A stretch of DNA of 63,982 bases, the filler included, from Dimargaris cristalligena (lineage: Eukaryota), in assembly GCA_003614675.1 (NCBI GenBank). It is 3 parts of 3 records of this genome, joined end to end, with 100 filler letters (N's around TTAATTAATTAA, not from the genome) between each part and the next. Parts side by side here need not be neighbours in the genome. Positions count along the whole stretch, not along the records: positions 21,858 to 43,589 come from ML002653.1; positions 43,690 to 63,982 come from ML002701.1; 1 more part is not named here. The stretch is one strand, 5' to 3'. Made by a program: the position numbers and the translations under genes. Shown here in pieces: positions 36,483 to 48,109 of the stretch. How positions within the stretch are numbered: the first letter of the stretch is position 1; each line of letters starts with the position of its first letter. The notes under the pieces were generated by a model. The model ran no database searches, was not told the DNA's origin, and was given only the letters and a program-made list of their open reading frames with translations.

Positions 36483-37580
36483 TTAGTTAATATCAAATAG
36501 CAGGTTCTCGGAATCCGAGCCGGCCAGGAGGAGGCCGTTCTGAGGGTGAAGGTCTAGACAATTAATAGGCAGTCGGTTGTAAATATTGGACTTTCTAGGT
36601 GCATTGTAGACCTGGAATGAGCTGGACGGGGCCGAAGAAGCAAAGGGGTCATGGGAGTATGCGCCAGGCCCCCGTGAGTAGTTAGTAAAAGCTGATGCAT
36701 CGACGACACCGCAGGTCGAATCCTCTGAGGCGGTGACAATAGTAAAGGGACGGTTGGGATGGAATACCAGGTCATTGATTTCGGCGTTATGTACCGCCAA
36801 GGTTTGCGACTGGGGCTCGGTGTACTGCCGAATGTCCCAGGTGGTGACTTGTCCCAGCTCATTACCAGTAGCGAGGCGGCTAGTTTGGGAGGGATGCACG
36901 GCCACACAATTAACAGCGGCGTCGGGGCTAATCGGATCTATGAATACGACAGCGGCCGACTTGCTAGGGGTCCGGCGGTCAAACACCTTAAGCTGACCAC
37001 CGCGGCTTGTGGTGAGCAGTGTTGACGATGAAAGCCATGCAACATCGTAGAGGGGAAGGCAGTCAGCAACGATACTGTCCACAGGGGCCCCGCGGTCCAA
37101 GAGAAATAGCTGTAAAAGACCATCTTCACCCACACTGGCCACCTCAGGGTCCCGGTGCTTATGGGGCTGGACACTTAGGGCCGTCCGGGGGGACCGGAAT
37201 GTGGTGGTGGGGGCCGCTAGGGTTCGAACGGGCTGAAGGGCGGTGGGGATCTTGAGGCTGGCGGAATCTTGGGTCAGTTTGTAGACGTACAGGCAACCGT
37301 CGCTACTGGCGGTGACACACATGTCGTCCTGGGCCTGGACAACGTCGGCGACTTCCCCGGCGTGAGGGATGGTGGCAACAGCGTGGGCTTTGAAATTAGG
37401 TTCGAATTGACGGGTACGTACATTAGGGCCAGGACACTTCCACAGGGCCAATTCGTTATGAGAGCCCCGGTCCCAGGTACCGGTCAAGAAGAATAGGTCG
37501 TCTGGGGAGTAGGAGGACTGGGACCACCAGCAAAGGCTAGCGATTTTCCGTTCGACGGGCTGGATAAAGAACTGATCCAT
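36483..37580 (-). CDS. NUP43: WD40 nucleoporin Nup43-like, 365 aa
   Basis: N-terminus V.RKI..L.W..FLTGTWD..LALW, H.GEV.D, VASVGEDG, LKVFDRR, CVAVHPSQ..LATG..WDIR, FHP..T.SED and GSDSE follow the Nup43 repeat pattern. Confidence 0.72.
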   Translation of the reverse strand: MDQFFIQPVERKIASLCWWSQSSYSPDDLFFLTGTWDRGSHNELALWKCPGPNVRTRQFEPNFKAHAVATIPHAGEVADVVQAQDDMCVTASSDGCLYVYKLTQDSASLKIPTALQPVRTLAAPTTTFRSPRTALSVQPHKHRDPEVASVGEDGLLQLFLLDRGAPVDSIVADCLPLYDVAWLSSSTLLTTSRGGQLKVFDRRTPSKSAAVVFIDPISPDAAVNCVAVHPSQTSRLATGNELGQVTTWDIRQYTEPQSQTLAVHNAEINDLVFHPNRPFTIVTASEDSTCGVVDASAFTNYSRGPGAYSHDPFASSAPSSSFQVYNAPRKSNIYNRLPINCLDLHPQNGLLLAGSDSENLLFDIN

Positions 37581-38206
37581 AGTATAGGAAAGGCGGTAAT
37601 GAGGCGGAGTGGGGAAACGATTAGAAAGGCGGCGGGGGAGTTTAGCGGCTGAGTGTATGCTAGGAAATAGTAGGGATGGAAGGCCACAAGCTAAAGGGGT
37701 TTAAAAAATGGAAGGACTTTGCCACGGCTTATTATGACCAGTTTGCTTAGCGAGGTTCGGCACTCTTTTCCAGTTGCCTTGCTAATGAAAACGACTTGTG
37801 GACTAGGCAACGGCAACTGTTCCGACTTGCCTGGGCACCTCATGGCCCAGACCGGGAACAAGATTCACTCGCCACTCTATTCCCCCAGGATGAACAGGGC
37901 CTATTACACCACTAAGTATTGGTTGCCCTGCCCTGTTTTATGGAGAGCGACGGAGTGGAAGCCCCCCTTCACTTGGGCCGGTGGGGGGAATTAGCCGGCT
38001 GGCTGATTCTGGAGTACCACGCACTTGCTGCGAATCCCCCATTCCCTCATGGTTCAGCTGAAACTGCTAAGTTGCCTTCAATCGACTAAACTCCCCAAGT
38101 TCTTCGCAATCCCATTGATCCATTCGCCTATTTATCACCCTATTGCTTGATTTACCTGTCTACGGATCCCATTTGTCTTTACCCTCTTACCCCCCTTCTA
38201 CACACC

Positions 38207-38582
38207 ATGTGGGCCTATATCCGCCAAAAGACCTTCGAACAGCCCTTCATTGTCTGGTCCATCGCCATTGGGTTCATCTGTAAGTTATTCCGGCCCCGGG
38301 ACTTACCCTATTGAGTGAATCCCTGCGACTCCGCCGAAGCCCCGGCCAATGGGACGGTTACCCATCACCCTTTGGGGACCCCTTTACCTATTGCTAACCC
38401 CAACCTCCCTATTTTTACCCCCTATTCCACTCGGTTACCTCTTTATTACAGCCCCGGTGGCCGGCCTGTCTATCCCGTTTATCCGCAACCGCTACTTTGG
38501 CTGGACTCCTTCGGTGCCACTGCCCAAGAGCTACCCAGTGCCCGACCGCCCGCGCCGCCAGCTGACCGGCTACGATAGCTAA
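38207..38582 (+). CDS. NI9M: Complex I accessory subunit NI9M (NDUFA3/B9 type); exons 38207-38279 and 38452-38582; 67 aa
   Basis: MWAYIRQKTFEQPFIVWSIAIGFISPVAGLSIPFIRNRYFG..PLPKSYPVPDRPRRQLTGYDS; the SYPxPxRxRxxLxGYD C-terminus is typical of fungal NI9M. Confidence 0.88.
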
Positions 38583-39780
38583 ATGCTGGAGACGGGCCCT
38601 GGTTGATCGACGCCCGCCCTCTATGCTCTGCCACATTCCCAACCTCCGTTTAGTTGCTTAGAAGCAACATTGGGCACCAAACGGGCCAGGCGCCTATTTT
38701 CCACCTGACTGTTTTTAGATAAAGTGAGGGCAACTACGAATCCCCAAGTTTGCCCCCACCGTGGCTCTGTATTTCTTATATTTTTGTTCCATATTGAGGG
38801 ACGTAACGTGTTTCGATCAATAATCGCTATTTATTACAGCCTCGACGTTGAACTGTTGTTTGGAGTGGAGTGATATGGTACACATTATAATGCTGGGTAA
38901 TGAAGAAAAGGTATGCTTTAAAGATTAGCGATAGTACTATTTTGTGACTGTACAGAAATGGTTGGCATAGTTAGTGCCCTGTGTTTATAGGCTTGATTAA
39001 GTCCCGTTGTTAAGGGGGAGGGCTGGGGAATAGGTTAGATCCCAATGATGCTAATGACCTTTTTAGCGTAGTGCTGGCTTTCCAGAGTTATTTGGCATAG
39101 ACCGGGAACGTGGCATCTCTCATAAATATGAAGGAGGGAGGGTGTGGGCTACTTATGGCTTCCTCCATTAATGAAAAATGCGTTGACGGGGCTCGTAATA
39201 TGCGAGTGGTAATAGTATTAGTAGTAGTTAGTAGTGGCAGCTGGCTAATTTTAGGGGGGAATGGGCCTTACTCATCACGTGACATGAACGCAGGAGTGGC
39301 GGCCCGTGTTACTCACACCAAATGCAGTCCAATTGCGCCGTTCTACTTAGGCGAACTGTCCACGCGGAGAGGGGACTTTAAAGGAAAGAGAGAGAGAGGG
39401 ATAGAGAGGATAGGTGAGGATTGATTAATCCACTGCCTAGCAAACGCCGTGGATAATAATTATGCACTGGGTGGTAAGATCTGGGACCAGCTAGGCGTAA
39501 AAAAGGCCCTCCTCTCTCCAGTGGAGTTGGGAGAGACCCATTGCCATTAGAGTATATCCACCCGCCCAAGCCTGGCTGCCGCAGATACATAGCACATATA
39601 TCGCAACTTCCCTGCCCCTTTTCCTGTTAATCCGTCCGTACCTTTTCCTGCTTCTCTCTTCTATTCCGTGTCTTCTTGATTCCAAACTTGCTCGACTCCA
39701 TCTCACCCGCCTTGTTCAGTATTGAGTAAGTGTTCCGACCCGTACTTACCTCCTCTATCTACCCTGCTCTTTCCACCCGG

Positions 39781-40342
39781 GTAAGAAGAGCCTCTGTCCA
39801 TACGCTGCTCCTTTGCTGCTCTCCTAACCATCTGAAGCTCGGCCTAGCGCCGCTGGGCAAGTCGAAGGGGGGAAAGCGACTAGGGGACAGATGTTATGGC
39901 ACAGGAGGACTACCGAACGGCCTGGGTATTCTTGGGAGTTCGAGGGTTCCCAACCTATCCAACGGGGTCGACGTTGGCTTGGTGGAGGGAGTTGGCTGTA
40001 TGCGCATACCTTCTCTACTGACCAGTTGCCCGGTTAAATCCGAGCCTTACCACCTAAGTACTATGATTCCCCCGCCTCGGATAATACAGCCTATTTCCCC
40101 CGGCTGCATACATAATAGGGAGATTGGGCTCCTCCTATGCCCCGCGTGATCTCTCCCACCCTGCTATGACCTTCTGACTCGCGATACCTATGCCAACTGT
40201 GCCCGTTCCGGGTGAAGTTATTGGCCTTGGACTGCATCTATTTCTTCTCACTGAAAAAAAACCTGCGTACTAATCTCCTTCCCTTTTGATTCACCTTGCT
40301 TTTCTTTCTATCCCTTCACCTTCCCGGTTTCCTGCCGAATAG
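39781..40342 (+). other. Probable 5'UTR intron of BZW/5MP (alternative donor at 39726)
   Basis: Donor GG|GTAAGA, branch point TACTAAT near 40269, long pyrimidine tract, acceptor AATAG at 40342. Confidence 0.55.
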
Positions 40343-40473
40343 CATCTGACACCCTACCACCACCACCCTCTTTTTTTTAAAAAATCTACCCCCCATATCC
40401 GTCCCCACCACCCATCCCCCTCCTTCCCTAGTTATTGGTCCGTACATCCAATCGAGTATCCGGTTACGCTTTC

Positions 40474-41751
40474 ATGTCTTCTCAGCCCACTACTACGTCT
40501 CAAAAACCAGCTCTGAATGGTGCGAAAATAAAGACCCGCAAGCGTGAAAGCAAGGCCAATGCCAAGTTCGACCCGGAGACTTTCCGCGAGCAACTGCTAA
40601 CTATTATTGACGAAGTCGACCCCAACCAGTTTGATTCCGTCTACGCTAAACTCGACGTTACCGGCAACACCCTTGACTACCGTCGCTACGGCGAGCCGCT
40701 CTTCGAAATCCTCATCACTGGTGGCATCATTGCTCCCGGCGGTATCATCGAAAAAGACGACGACGTGGAATCCCGCTACAACGTGTTTGCCGTCGAAGAT
40801 TCCGTTGCTGCCATCCAGCCCCATGTTGAGGTCCTGAACAAGCTGATCCGTCGCTACAAGTACCTTCTGCGCCCCCTCGAGGAAACCCTCAAAAACCTGC
40901 TCCAACATGTCAATAAGTTCTCCACGGCGGAGGCCAACAAGCTCTCCATTTTGGTTGCTCTGCTTATCACCCATCAGCTTATTCCGCTCACCATCGTGAC
41001 CGCTCTGCTGAACGACCACCTGGTCAAGGAAGGCATTGCCCTGGTATGCCTCACCTCCATTCTCCGCGTCTGCATCTCTATCCAGGGGGTGCCCCAGCTC
41101 GGCCGTTACCTCAAGAAGGGTAAGCTGGACGACCGTCTCATCGAATTCTTCCCCCCCAACAAGCAGGACGAGGAAAGCTTTGCCCGTCACTTCGAGGTCG
41201 AGGATATGAAGGCCGTGGTTGAACTGCACAACAGCATCCGTGAGAACACCCACAAGGCCGAGCTCACCGATAGCGTGCGCGAAATGATCGAGGAGGAGAA
41301 AACCGACACCGAGATCGTGCTCCACCTCAAGAAACTGGTCAAGGAGCACCAGTGGACTGAGTCCGACGTGATTGGCCTGATCTGGGACGGCATCATGTCC
41401 GCCGTCGACTGGGCCACCCGCCCCGAAATCATTGAGAGCCAGACTCTGCGTCAGGTCAAGGACTGGTCCCGCGTGTTGGCCTTCTTTACCACCCAGCCCC
41501 GGACTGAAGTCGAACTGCTGGGCCATGTCCAGGTCTACTGCTACGACAATGCCAAGCTGATGAAGTTCTTCGCTAACATTGTCCGTATTCTGTACGATAA
41601 CGACGTCCTGTCCGAGAACGCCATTCTGTTCTGGAACGCCAAGGGTGCCAAGCCTCAGGGCAAGAGCATCTTCCTGAAGCAAATGGAGCCCTTCGTCGCC
41701 GCCCTGGAAGAAGCCTCTGATGACGAAGAGGAGGACGAGGAGGAAGAGTAA
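40474..41751 (+). CDS. BZW: eIF5-mimic protein 5MP (BZW, W2 domain)
   Basis: QKPALNGAKIKTRKR, LDYRRYGEPLFEILITGG.IAPGG, KLIRRYKYL, W2 domain with LYDNDVLSENAILFW..GKSIFLKQM and acidic tail. Confidence 0.93.
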   Translation: MSSQPTTTSQKPALNGAKIKTRKRESKANAKFDPETFREQLLTIIDEVDPNQFDSVYAKLDVTGNTLDYRRYGEPLFEILITGGIIAPGGIIEKDDDVESRYNVFAVEDSVAAIQPHVEVLNKLIRRYKYLLRPLEETLKNLLQHVNKFSTAEANKLSILVALLITHQLIPLTIVTALLNDHLVKEGIALVCLTSILRVCISIQGVPQLGRYLKKGKLDDRLIEFFPPNKQDEESFARHFEVEDMKAVVELHNSIRENTHKAELTDSVREMIEEEKTDTEIVLHLKKLVKEHQWTESDVIGLIWDGIMSAVDWATRPEIIESQTLRQVKDWSRVLAFFTTQPRTEVELLGHVQVYCYDNAKLMKFFANIVRILYDNDVLSENAILFWNAKGAKPQGKSIFLKQMEPFVAALEEASDDEEEDEEEE

Positions 41752-43003
41752 ATCCAGCCTTTGCATCTTCAGCTCTGTCCTTCCATCATTTCCCCCGCCC
41801 TTTGATTCTTTTTATTTTTATTTTCATCTATCCCTATTAATCATGCTCTCGTTCTAGTTACTATCCGAGACGTATTCCCCCGTACATAAAATGCGTCCTG
41901 TTGTAACATTGATTTTTTGTTTAGTATGAGGGGTGCGGCTCAGTCACATCCGGTCTCCCGGATTCCTGCCCATTGACCCCCCCCCATTTGGTGCTGCAGC
42001 ACTTTTTGCCTGGATTATTTGGCTTTGAGTACCACCTTAGTTCTCTCTAGGTTAGTTGGCTTCACGCCCACCTCTACTCATCCATTTCTTCCATCCTTCT
42101 TTAAACATTTGGCTGCTTTGGTCAACATTTTTCTCACAATACATACCACCCACCTGTAGGCACTAACTCAGTATATTTTTAAGTGACTTTCGAATGGGTA
42201 ATGGTGGGTCGTGTTTTGAAAACGGAGGGAATAATGGTAGGGTTCTTTGTTTGGTAATTAGCAGCCTTGGGTTGTTCAGGGTGTAACCAGTATGCTGGTA
42301 GGGGGTAGTCAAAATTGGAATCATGGTTAACGGTTATGGATAAATTGATGCGGTTGGCAGTGCCTTGGGTTTCGCCCCCTGTCAATTAACCCCTCCTTTG
42401 AATGACTGTTAAAAATAGAAAGAGTGACCCGGGTGCGGTAAATATCTAGATGAGATGTCTAGTAAGGCGTCGATGGTAATGCCTCCTTCGGATGCTCTCC
42501 ACCATAGTCACGTATGCTTCTATAAATCATTTCAAATAAAACGTACCCACACCTTCCCAGCGTATACCAGAGAAACCTCAACTCTACAATCTAAACTAGT
42601 CGAACAGGGTTTATTCCTGACTGCCAGGGCGGTAGCTATACTAAAGACATGTATGCTATACATAAGCTGTATCTATTCAACCCCCCGAAGCCCCTGTAAC
42701 AAAATGCCAATTTCAAATACCTACCCACGTATTATTCCTTCTACTACCAACACTAGACCCCCCCGTTTTTTTTGAATCTCCCCCCTCCCAGTTTACTGTG
42801 TTTGACCGACACTTAGTTGGGCTATCTCAATTCACAACACATTTCCTCCCGTTTTCATTCCATTCCCTATTTAGCTTAACTGGTGAAATACCTCACCACC
42901 TTCATTCATATTCCCCCTTTACTTCTGGTGCCCTTTCTTACATTTACACCCTCCCCTCGCATTCCAATTTCTGTTAATTTCGAAACGCGTTGCCCCCGAC
43001 CTC

Positions 43004-43589
43004 ATGACCCACCCCGACGATATGGAGGCCGTTTCGACAACGGTCTACACCATCCCCGAAGGTCCTCCGGAAACCACTCTCGCGGTTCCGCGACGCGACT
43101 ACTATACCACCTGGCACCAAACGGGCGCCCCATTGGTGATTGACTTTGGTTCGTGGCATTGTCGGGCCGGCTGGGCTAACAACCCCCCGAAGGACGAAAC
43201 CAACGGCCCTTTGCTCGATTTCGAGAATGCCTACGCTAAATTCAAGGACCGTAAGAACCGTAACGCCAAGCCCGTGCTCCTGGTCGGAAATGACATGTAC
43301 ACCAACGGTAGCACCCGTCTGCAGAGTAAAACCCCCTTTGACAATGGCATCATCTGCAACGCCGAGCCATTGGAACAGATTCTCGACTACGCCCTCCTCC
43401 AGCTGGGAATCCAAACTAGCCGGGTGGAGCACCCCATTGTGATGACTGAACCGCTGTGCGCCCCACAGTACCACCGGCAACTCGTGTCCGAATTACTTTT
43501 CGAAGGCTACAATGTGCCCTCGGTCGTTTACGGCATCGACTCCCTGTACAGTTACTACGAGAACCACCGGTCCCTGGACACCGACGGGT
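43004..43589 (+). CDS. ARP5: Actin-related protein Arp5 (INO80 complex), N-terminal part truncated by the gap
   Basis: PLVIDFGSWHCRAGW, LVGND, TPFD, EQILDY, HPIVMTE, SELLFEGYNVPSVVYGIDSLYSYY. Confidence 0.9.
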
Positions 43590-43689
43590 NNNNNNNNNNN
43601 NNNNNNNNNNNNNNNNNNNNNNNNNNNNNNNNNTTAATTAATTAANNNNNNNNNNNNNNNNNNNNNNNNNNNNNNNNNNNNNNNNNNNN
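43590..43689. other. Assembly gap: 44 N + TTAATTAATTAA + 44 N
   Basis: Same artificial spacer as 21758-21857. Confidence 0.97.
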
Positions 43690-43829
43690 ATTTTTTTAGA
43701 AAAAAATATGGTCATTTACCTCTAGATCATTGTCCAAGCCACCACCGCCATCTCCCGCTCTTAACGGCAAGTGAATCGGGTGATGGGAGAATACCGGTTA
43801 GCATCCCTTGATGGGGATCATTCTTCTAC

Positions 43830-43973
43830 ATATGGGAGCAGTTCAACAAGGCTGTATAACGAAAAATCCATTTGATGAGGCAAGTACTACTGGTTGAAAA
43901 TAAACATCCCACCAATTTTCCCATACACATATCGGTTAAACCCTTATACAACCAAGCTGAACTTTACCCATAT
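43830..43973 (+). mobile_element. MITE-like element, copy 3 (144 bp)
   Basis: ATATGGG...CCCATAT terminal inverted repeats (23/30) and the same AGGCTGTATAACGAAAAATCC core. Confidence 0.82.
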
Positions 43974-45199
43974 TGTCAATCATAGGCAATATGATCGTTT
44001 TACTTTAGTGTGGGATTCTTCTACTTTCACAATACTGATCGAATAAATCAAGCTTATCTTTGAGGTATCCTGCCACTAGTATTGGGCGTTTAAAGCGGAG
44101 AGAGGATGATTATGCCTACCTTCTAAGGGTTGGTGGCTTTGGCATGTTGGATGGGAATAGAATAAGGTGAGTTGAACAAGCCGGATGGGTTCCCAGACAT
44201 GATGTCGCTCGCGGTCATGTAGTCTAGAGCACCCAATTTTTAGGCACTTGGTCTAGTGAAAAGCAAAAGGGTAAAGCGTTCCCTAGGTCTTCCTCCCCCT
44301 CTAGACCCGGGAGTTGCACCTGCTCAACCACCCGACTATCACAGGATCATCGTAGTTACCAATTGGCTTCTTACCAAAGTTCGGAATGGCTAAGCGTATT
44401 GCTTTTGAGGTTGACACCATCTGGTCCAAGGGTATAATTAATGACCATTCGGAAAAGGAAGGAAAAGTGAAGCGACAATGGGTTGTCTGTCTATATACAA
44501 GGGGATAGTTTAGAGCAATGGGGAGATGTGGGAATTGAGAGAATAATACCCGGGCGAAGAAATAGAGAATATCGTGAATAGGTGTGCAGCCCCGAGACTA
44601 TATATATATACCTGTGTGTACGTGCGTAACATCTATAAAAATGTTTGGCGAAGCATCAACCATCTATTCGCAAATTAGAAATGTATGAGATGAGCGCAAT
44701 TGGTATTCATGATATTATTGTGGGTTTCCGGGGAAACGTACCCCTATAATCGCTGAATAGAGAAATGGGTGAATTAATGGTATCAGGGAATTCCTAATGT
44801 AATAGTTAGTACAATAGCTATGTGGTATATACCGAAGTCTGAAGCTGGTAGTAATCAATTGAGAATAATATATAGAGTATCAACCAATTCCCTTATTCGG
44901 ACTTTAACTGGCCTAAAAGAGAATGCTGGCTTTTGTTGACTGGCCCTGTATTCTCCACTTGCGTCCCAAGCGCACCACTGTCTTTGGCCCCGTACATCTC
45001 TCCCATCTACCCTTTGAATGTCCCAAGGGAATTGGCTCATATACTTCACCCTGTTTTCATCCCTACTCCAAATATCTCCCCTTGTTTTCGATTTGTTTTA
45101 CCCAAGCTCTCAACCGCTTGATACTCGCCCAATTGTCTGTTTCACCCCAACCCCGCTCCTACTCACTCATTTTTAACTTACCCGTCCTTGTCCTCCAAA

Positions 45200-45553
45200 A
45201 TGACCATTCCTCTCCCTGCCAAGCTGCGCCAAAAGAACAACCAGTTTGCGAGCAACGCCATTAAACGGAAGACCAAGCGCCCGGCCAAGAAACAGGTATC
45301 CGAACCAGAGGTTGTAAACAACGACCAGGAGCAGTCGGAAGCGGATGACCTTTCGGATGACTCTTCCTCGACATCCGCTACTGCTACTGCTGCTGAGGCC
45401 ACAACCGTTCGCCAACGCAAAGCGCCCCGTTCCGCGGGCTTAGGCATGGGACCCGCCACGCAGGGCCAGGGCCCGAAAATCAATCCTTACCTGGCTGGGT
45501 TTCTGCTAGTCATGCTGGTTGGCAGTATTCTGGCCCAGATTTTCGGCCGCTAA
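45200..45553 (+). CDS. RAMP4/Ysy6/SERP1-like tail-anchored ER protein with an expanded linker
   Basis: PAKLRQKNNQFASNAIKR N-terminus and INPYLAGFLLVMLVGSILAQIF C-terminal transmembrane segment match the two conserved RAMP4 blocks. Confidence 0.7.
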   Translation: MTIPLPAKLRQKNNQFASNAIKRKTKRPAKKQVSEPEVVNNDQEQSEADDLSDDSSSTSATATAAEATTVRQRKAPRSAGLGMGPATQGQGPKINPYLAGFLLVMLVGSILAQIFGR

Positions 45554-46500
45554 GCCCTATATGTGCGGCTAGTGAAGGTTCCCGGCGGGGGAGCTGCCAT
45601 CGAGTCCATCCCTTTTCCCATCCATGTTCCCGTTGTTTTTGCATGGGCATCAGTGTCCGCATACCGTAACATTGGTGGAGGCTGAGAAAACTGGCTATGG
45701 GCCTGGACGGGCGGACGACCGGGTTTTTGTCTGACAAAATGTATATTGTTTATTAGGAAAGGCCGATTCCCGAGTTATGTGATGTTCAATAAACTAGAAG
45801 TACGTATTTGTACCGGTGCCTTTTGAGCAATTGCTGTTCATTTAGGTTTTTAAAAGAGTAGTCGTGAAGTACTAGTTTGGGGTCAAATATAGTCATTAAC
45901 CACCAGTGAAGTTGGTATCGGAAGTCCCAACTGCTGCATAACTTACCGGGGTATGAGTCGGGATTAAGGTCCGTTGTAAGCGGCATGGGAAGAGAGCTAG
46001 AGGGAGAAAGAGAGAGTTAGGCTGGGCTAAGTCGACTCTATACGCCATTTATTTAAAGGTCGTCGGCGGAATGCATATATGAAGGTTTGGAGTGGCTGCA
46101 TTGATTCCATTCGCATACATCCAGTTGCGTGAGGGCCACCACTATAATGGCTAGTCTGTTTCACGTGTATTTGCGCGGACTGGGAACAGGTGGAGTAGTC
46201 TCGTTCATTTTTGAAAAGGACTCGGCCAACGGCGGCAGTGTTCTTGAATACTCAGTCTTTGCCTACTTTACCTATGGACAACTTCTATCCAGAGCTCAAC
46301 TCTCTTCCTTCAATGAGCCCATTCGGTGTATATCAGCTCTAAACTTCCTCCTATTACCTTGTCCAGACTTTACGACATTCGACTCTCTTAGTTTACTGTG
46401 CCTCTTACGAGACTCACTTCCTCCCCCCTCCCCAACCCTGCTTGGCCAGTGGCCACTTGATTCCACCTGCCTACCACCCGCTAGCCAGCCACTTCCAGTC

Positions 46501-48109
46501 ATGCCCTTTTCGAGTAACCGGCTCAAGGTCCAGCTCAAACTGGCCATTGGACGGTTCCGCCTCCTAAAGGCCAAGAAAGCCTCTCTCAACGACCAGCTTC
46601 GACGTGAAATTGCCGCCTTGCTCAAAGCCAACAAGGAGGCAAATGCCCGCATCCGAGTGGAGCGGGTCATTCGGGAAGACCTGACCATCGAGGGGTATGA
46701 AATACTCGAGCTGTTTTGCGAATTGCTGTTGGCTCGATTGGGACTGCTGGACCAGATGAAGTAAGTCTTAACTACGAACGCTCCTACCACTACCACTATT
46801 AATGTATTGCACCAACAGCCACGATGGCTTGTTCTAGGCTTGCTCCGGGTGTATAGCACGGTGCTCGGTGTTTGATTCCATTGGGGGGCTCGATACTGAA
46901 TTGCGCATATACCAGGAGTATTTCATCACTCCGTATAAAGACCGCAAACCAGCCACATTGTCTTCGGCCCATCGCTAAATATCTTTTAATTTTATCTCAT
47001 CCTACTGACGCATTAGACAATGCGACCCAAGTCTGTTGGAAGCCGTCCACTCGTTGATCTATGCGACACCGCGGGTCGAAATTATGGAGCTAGCAACGGT
47101 AAACCATTCCTCCTATACTACATTCCCTTGACATTGCTATTGATGCACTTAGAGAATAGCCTACCGTCCGTCTTCTTGGTCAATTGCACGGTGCAAAAGC
47201 AAAACCCGATTACCATAAAATCGGTGGCTTTCACTTATTCTTCACCGCCCGTATTTTTCATTGTGGATATTCAAACGATATAGATCCGTGACCAGTTTGC
47301 CATGAAGTTTGGTAAGGACTTTGTGATGCGGGGTGCCGATAATGCTGACGAAACTGTCAATCCACGGGTAAGTAGGCCATGAATAGGCCGATTCAAAAAA
47401 TCATATTTGACACATATTAGTGTACATGGTGAACAACCTAATCCCGGACATCGACCGTTTTATGCGTCCTGCTTCAATTGAAGGTCCCCAATCCATGGCT
47501 ACCCAAACGGATATTTAACCTCTGGATATACCACCACCATTTATCTATACCAATTTACCAATGACCAGCTCATCTTTAAACTGGGCTGGGATGCGCCCGA
47601 ACCTTTTTTAGTGACTGCGTATCTAGTTGAGATTGCCCGAAGCGCCCAGGTGGCCTGGCAGCCGGCTGATGACAACGAGACGCTGTTCGACTCAGACGAA
47701 CTCGAGGTAATTATAAGTTGGTATATATTTTTTTTTGACTATGAGCTCTCTTTGTCTACCATGTTTGGGTAGTTGGTAAATATTTACACTTAATTGCCCC
47801 TGGCTTAGAATCTCACCCATCCGATTTCCTCACGTGCTTTGTAACATCTCTACTCTCTCGTAATCTACGACCCAGAAATCCCTGGAGGCGTCAATTTCAG
47901 GTGGCGTCCAGCAGGTGTCAATTAATAGTGAGCCAGCACCGCCGCAATCTACCGCTTCTACAACCACCGGCAATTCATCACCTGGCCCTCAAGTGTTACC
48001 CGCGTCCCCAAAACGGACCATCCCGGGTCGATTACCACCCGCTGACTCCGTGACTTCCGAATTTGACGATCTGGCCCGTCGGTTTGCTGCCCTGAAGTCC
48101 CGTAAATAA
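46501..48109 (+). CDS. IST1: ESCRT-III-like Vps4 regulator Ist1; exons 46501-46760, 47017-47098, 47284-47367, 47569-47706, 47876-48109
   Basis: LKVQLKLAI.R, RREIA.LL, ARIRVE.VIRED, LELFCELLLAR, EAVHSLIYA.PR and C-terminal MIM1 FDDLARRFAALK. Confidence 0.93.

Noticed and set aside
33480-38582. MBA1, MRPL32 and NI9M as a mitochondrial gene cluster
   Set aside because: Interrupted by NUP43, no shared motif seen, and plausible by chance.
40597-41766. 389-aa antisense ORF over BZW
   Set aside because: Same codon-bias shadow effect.
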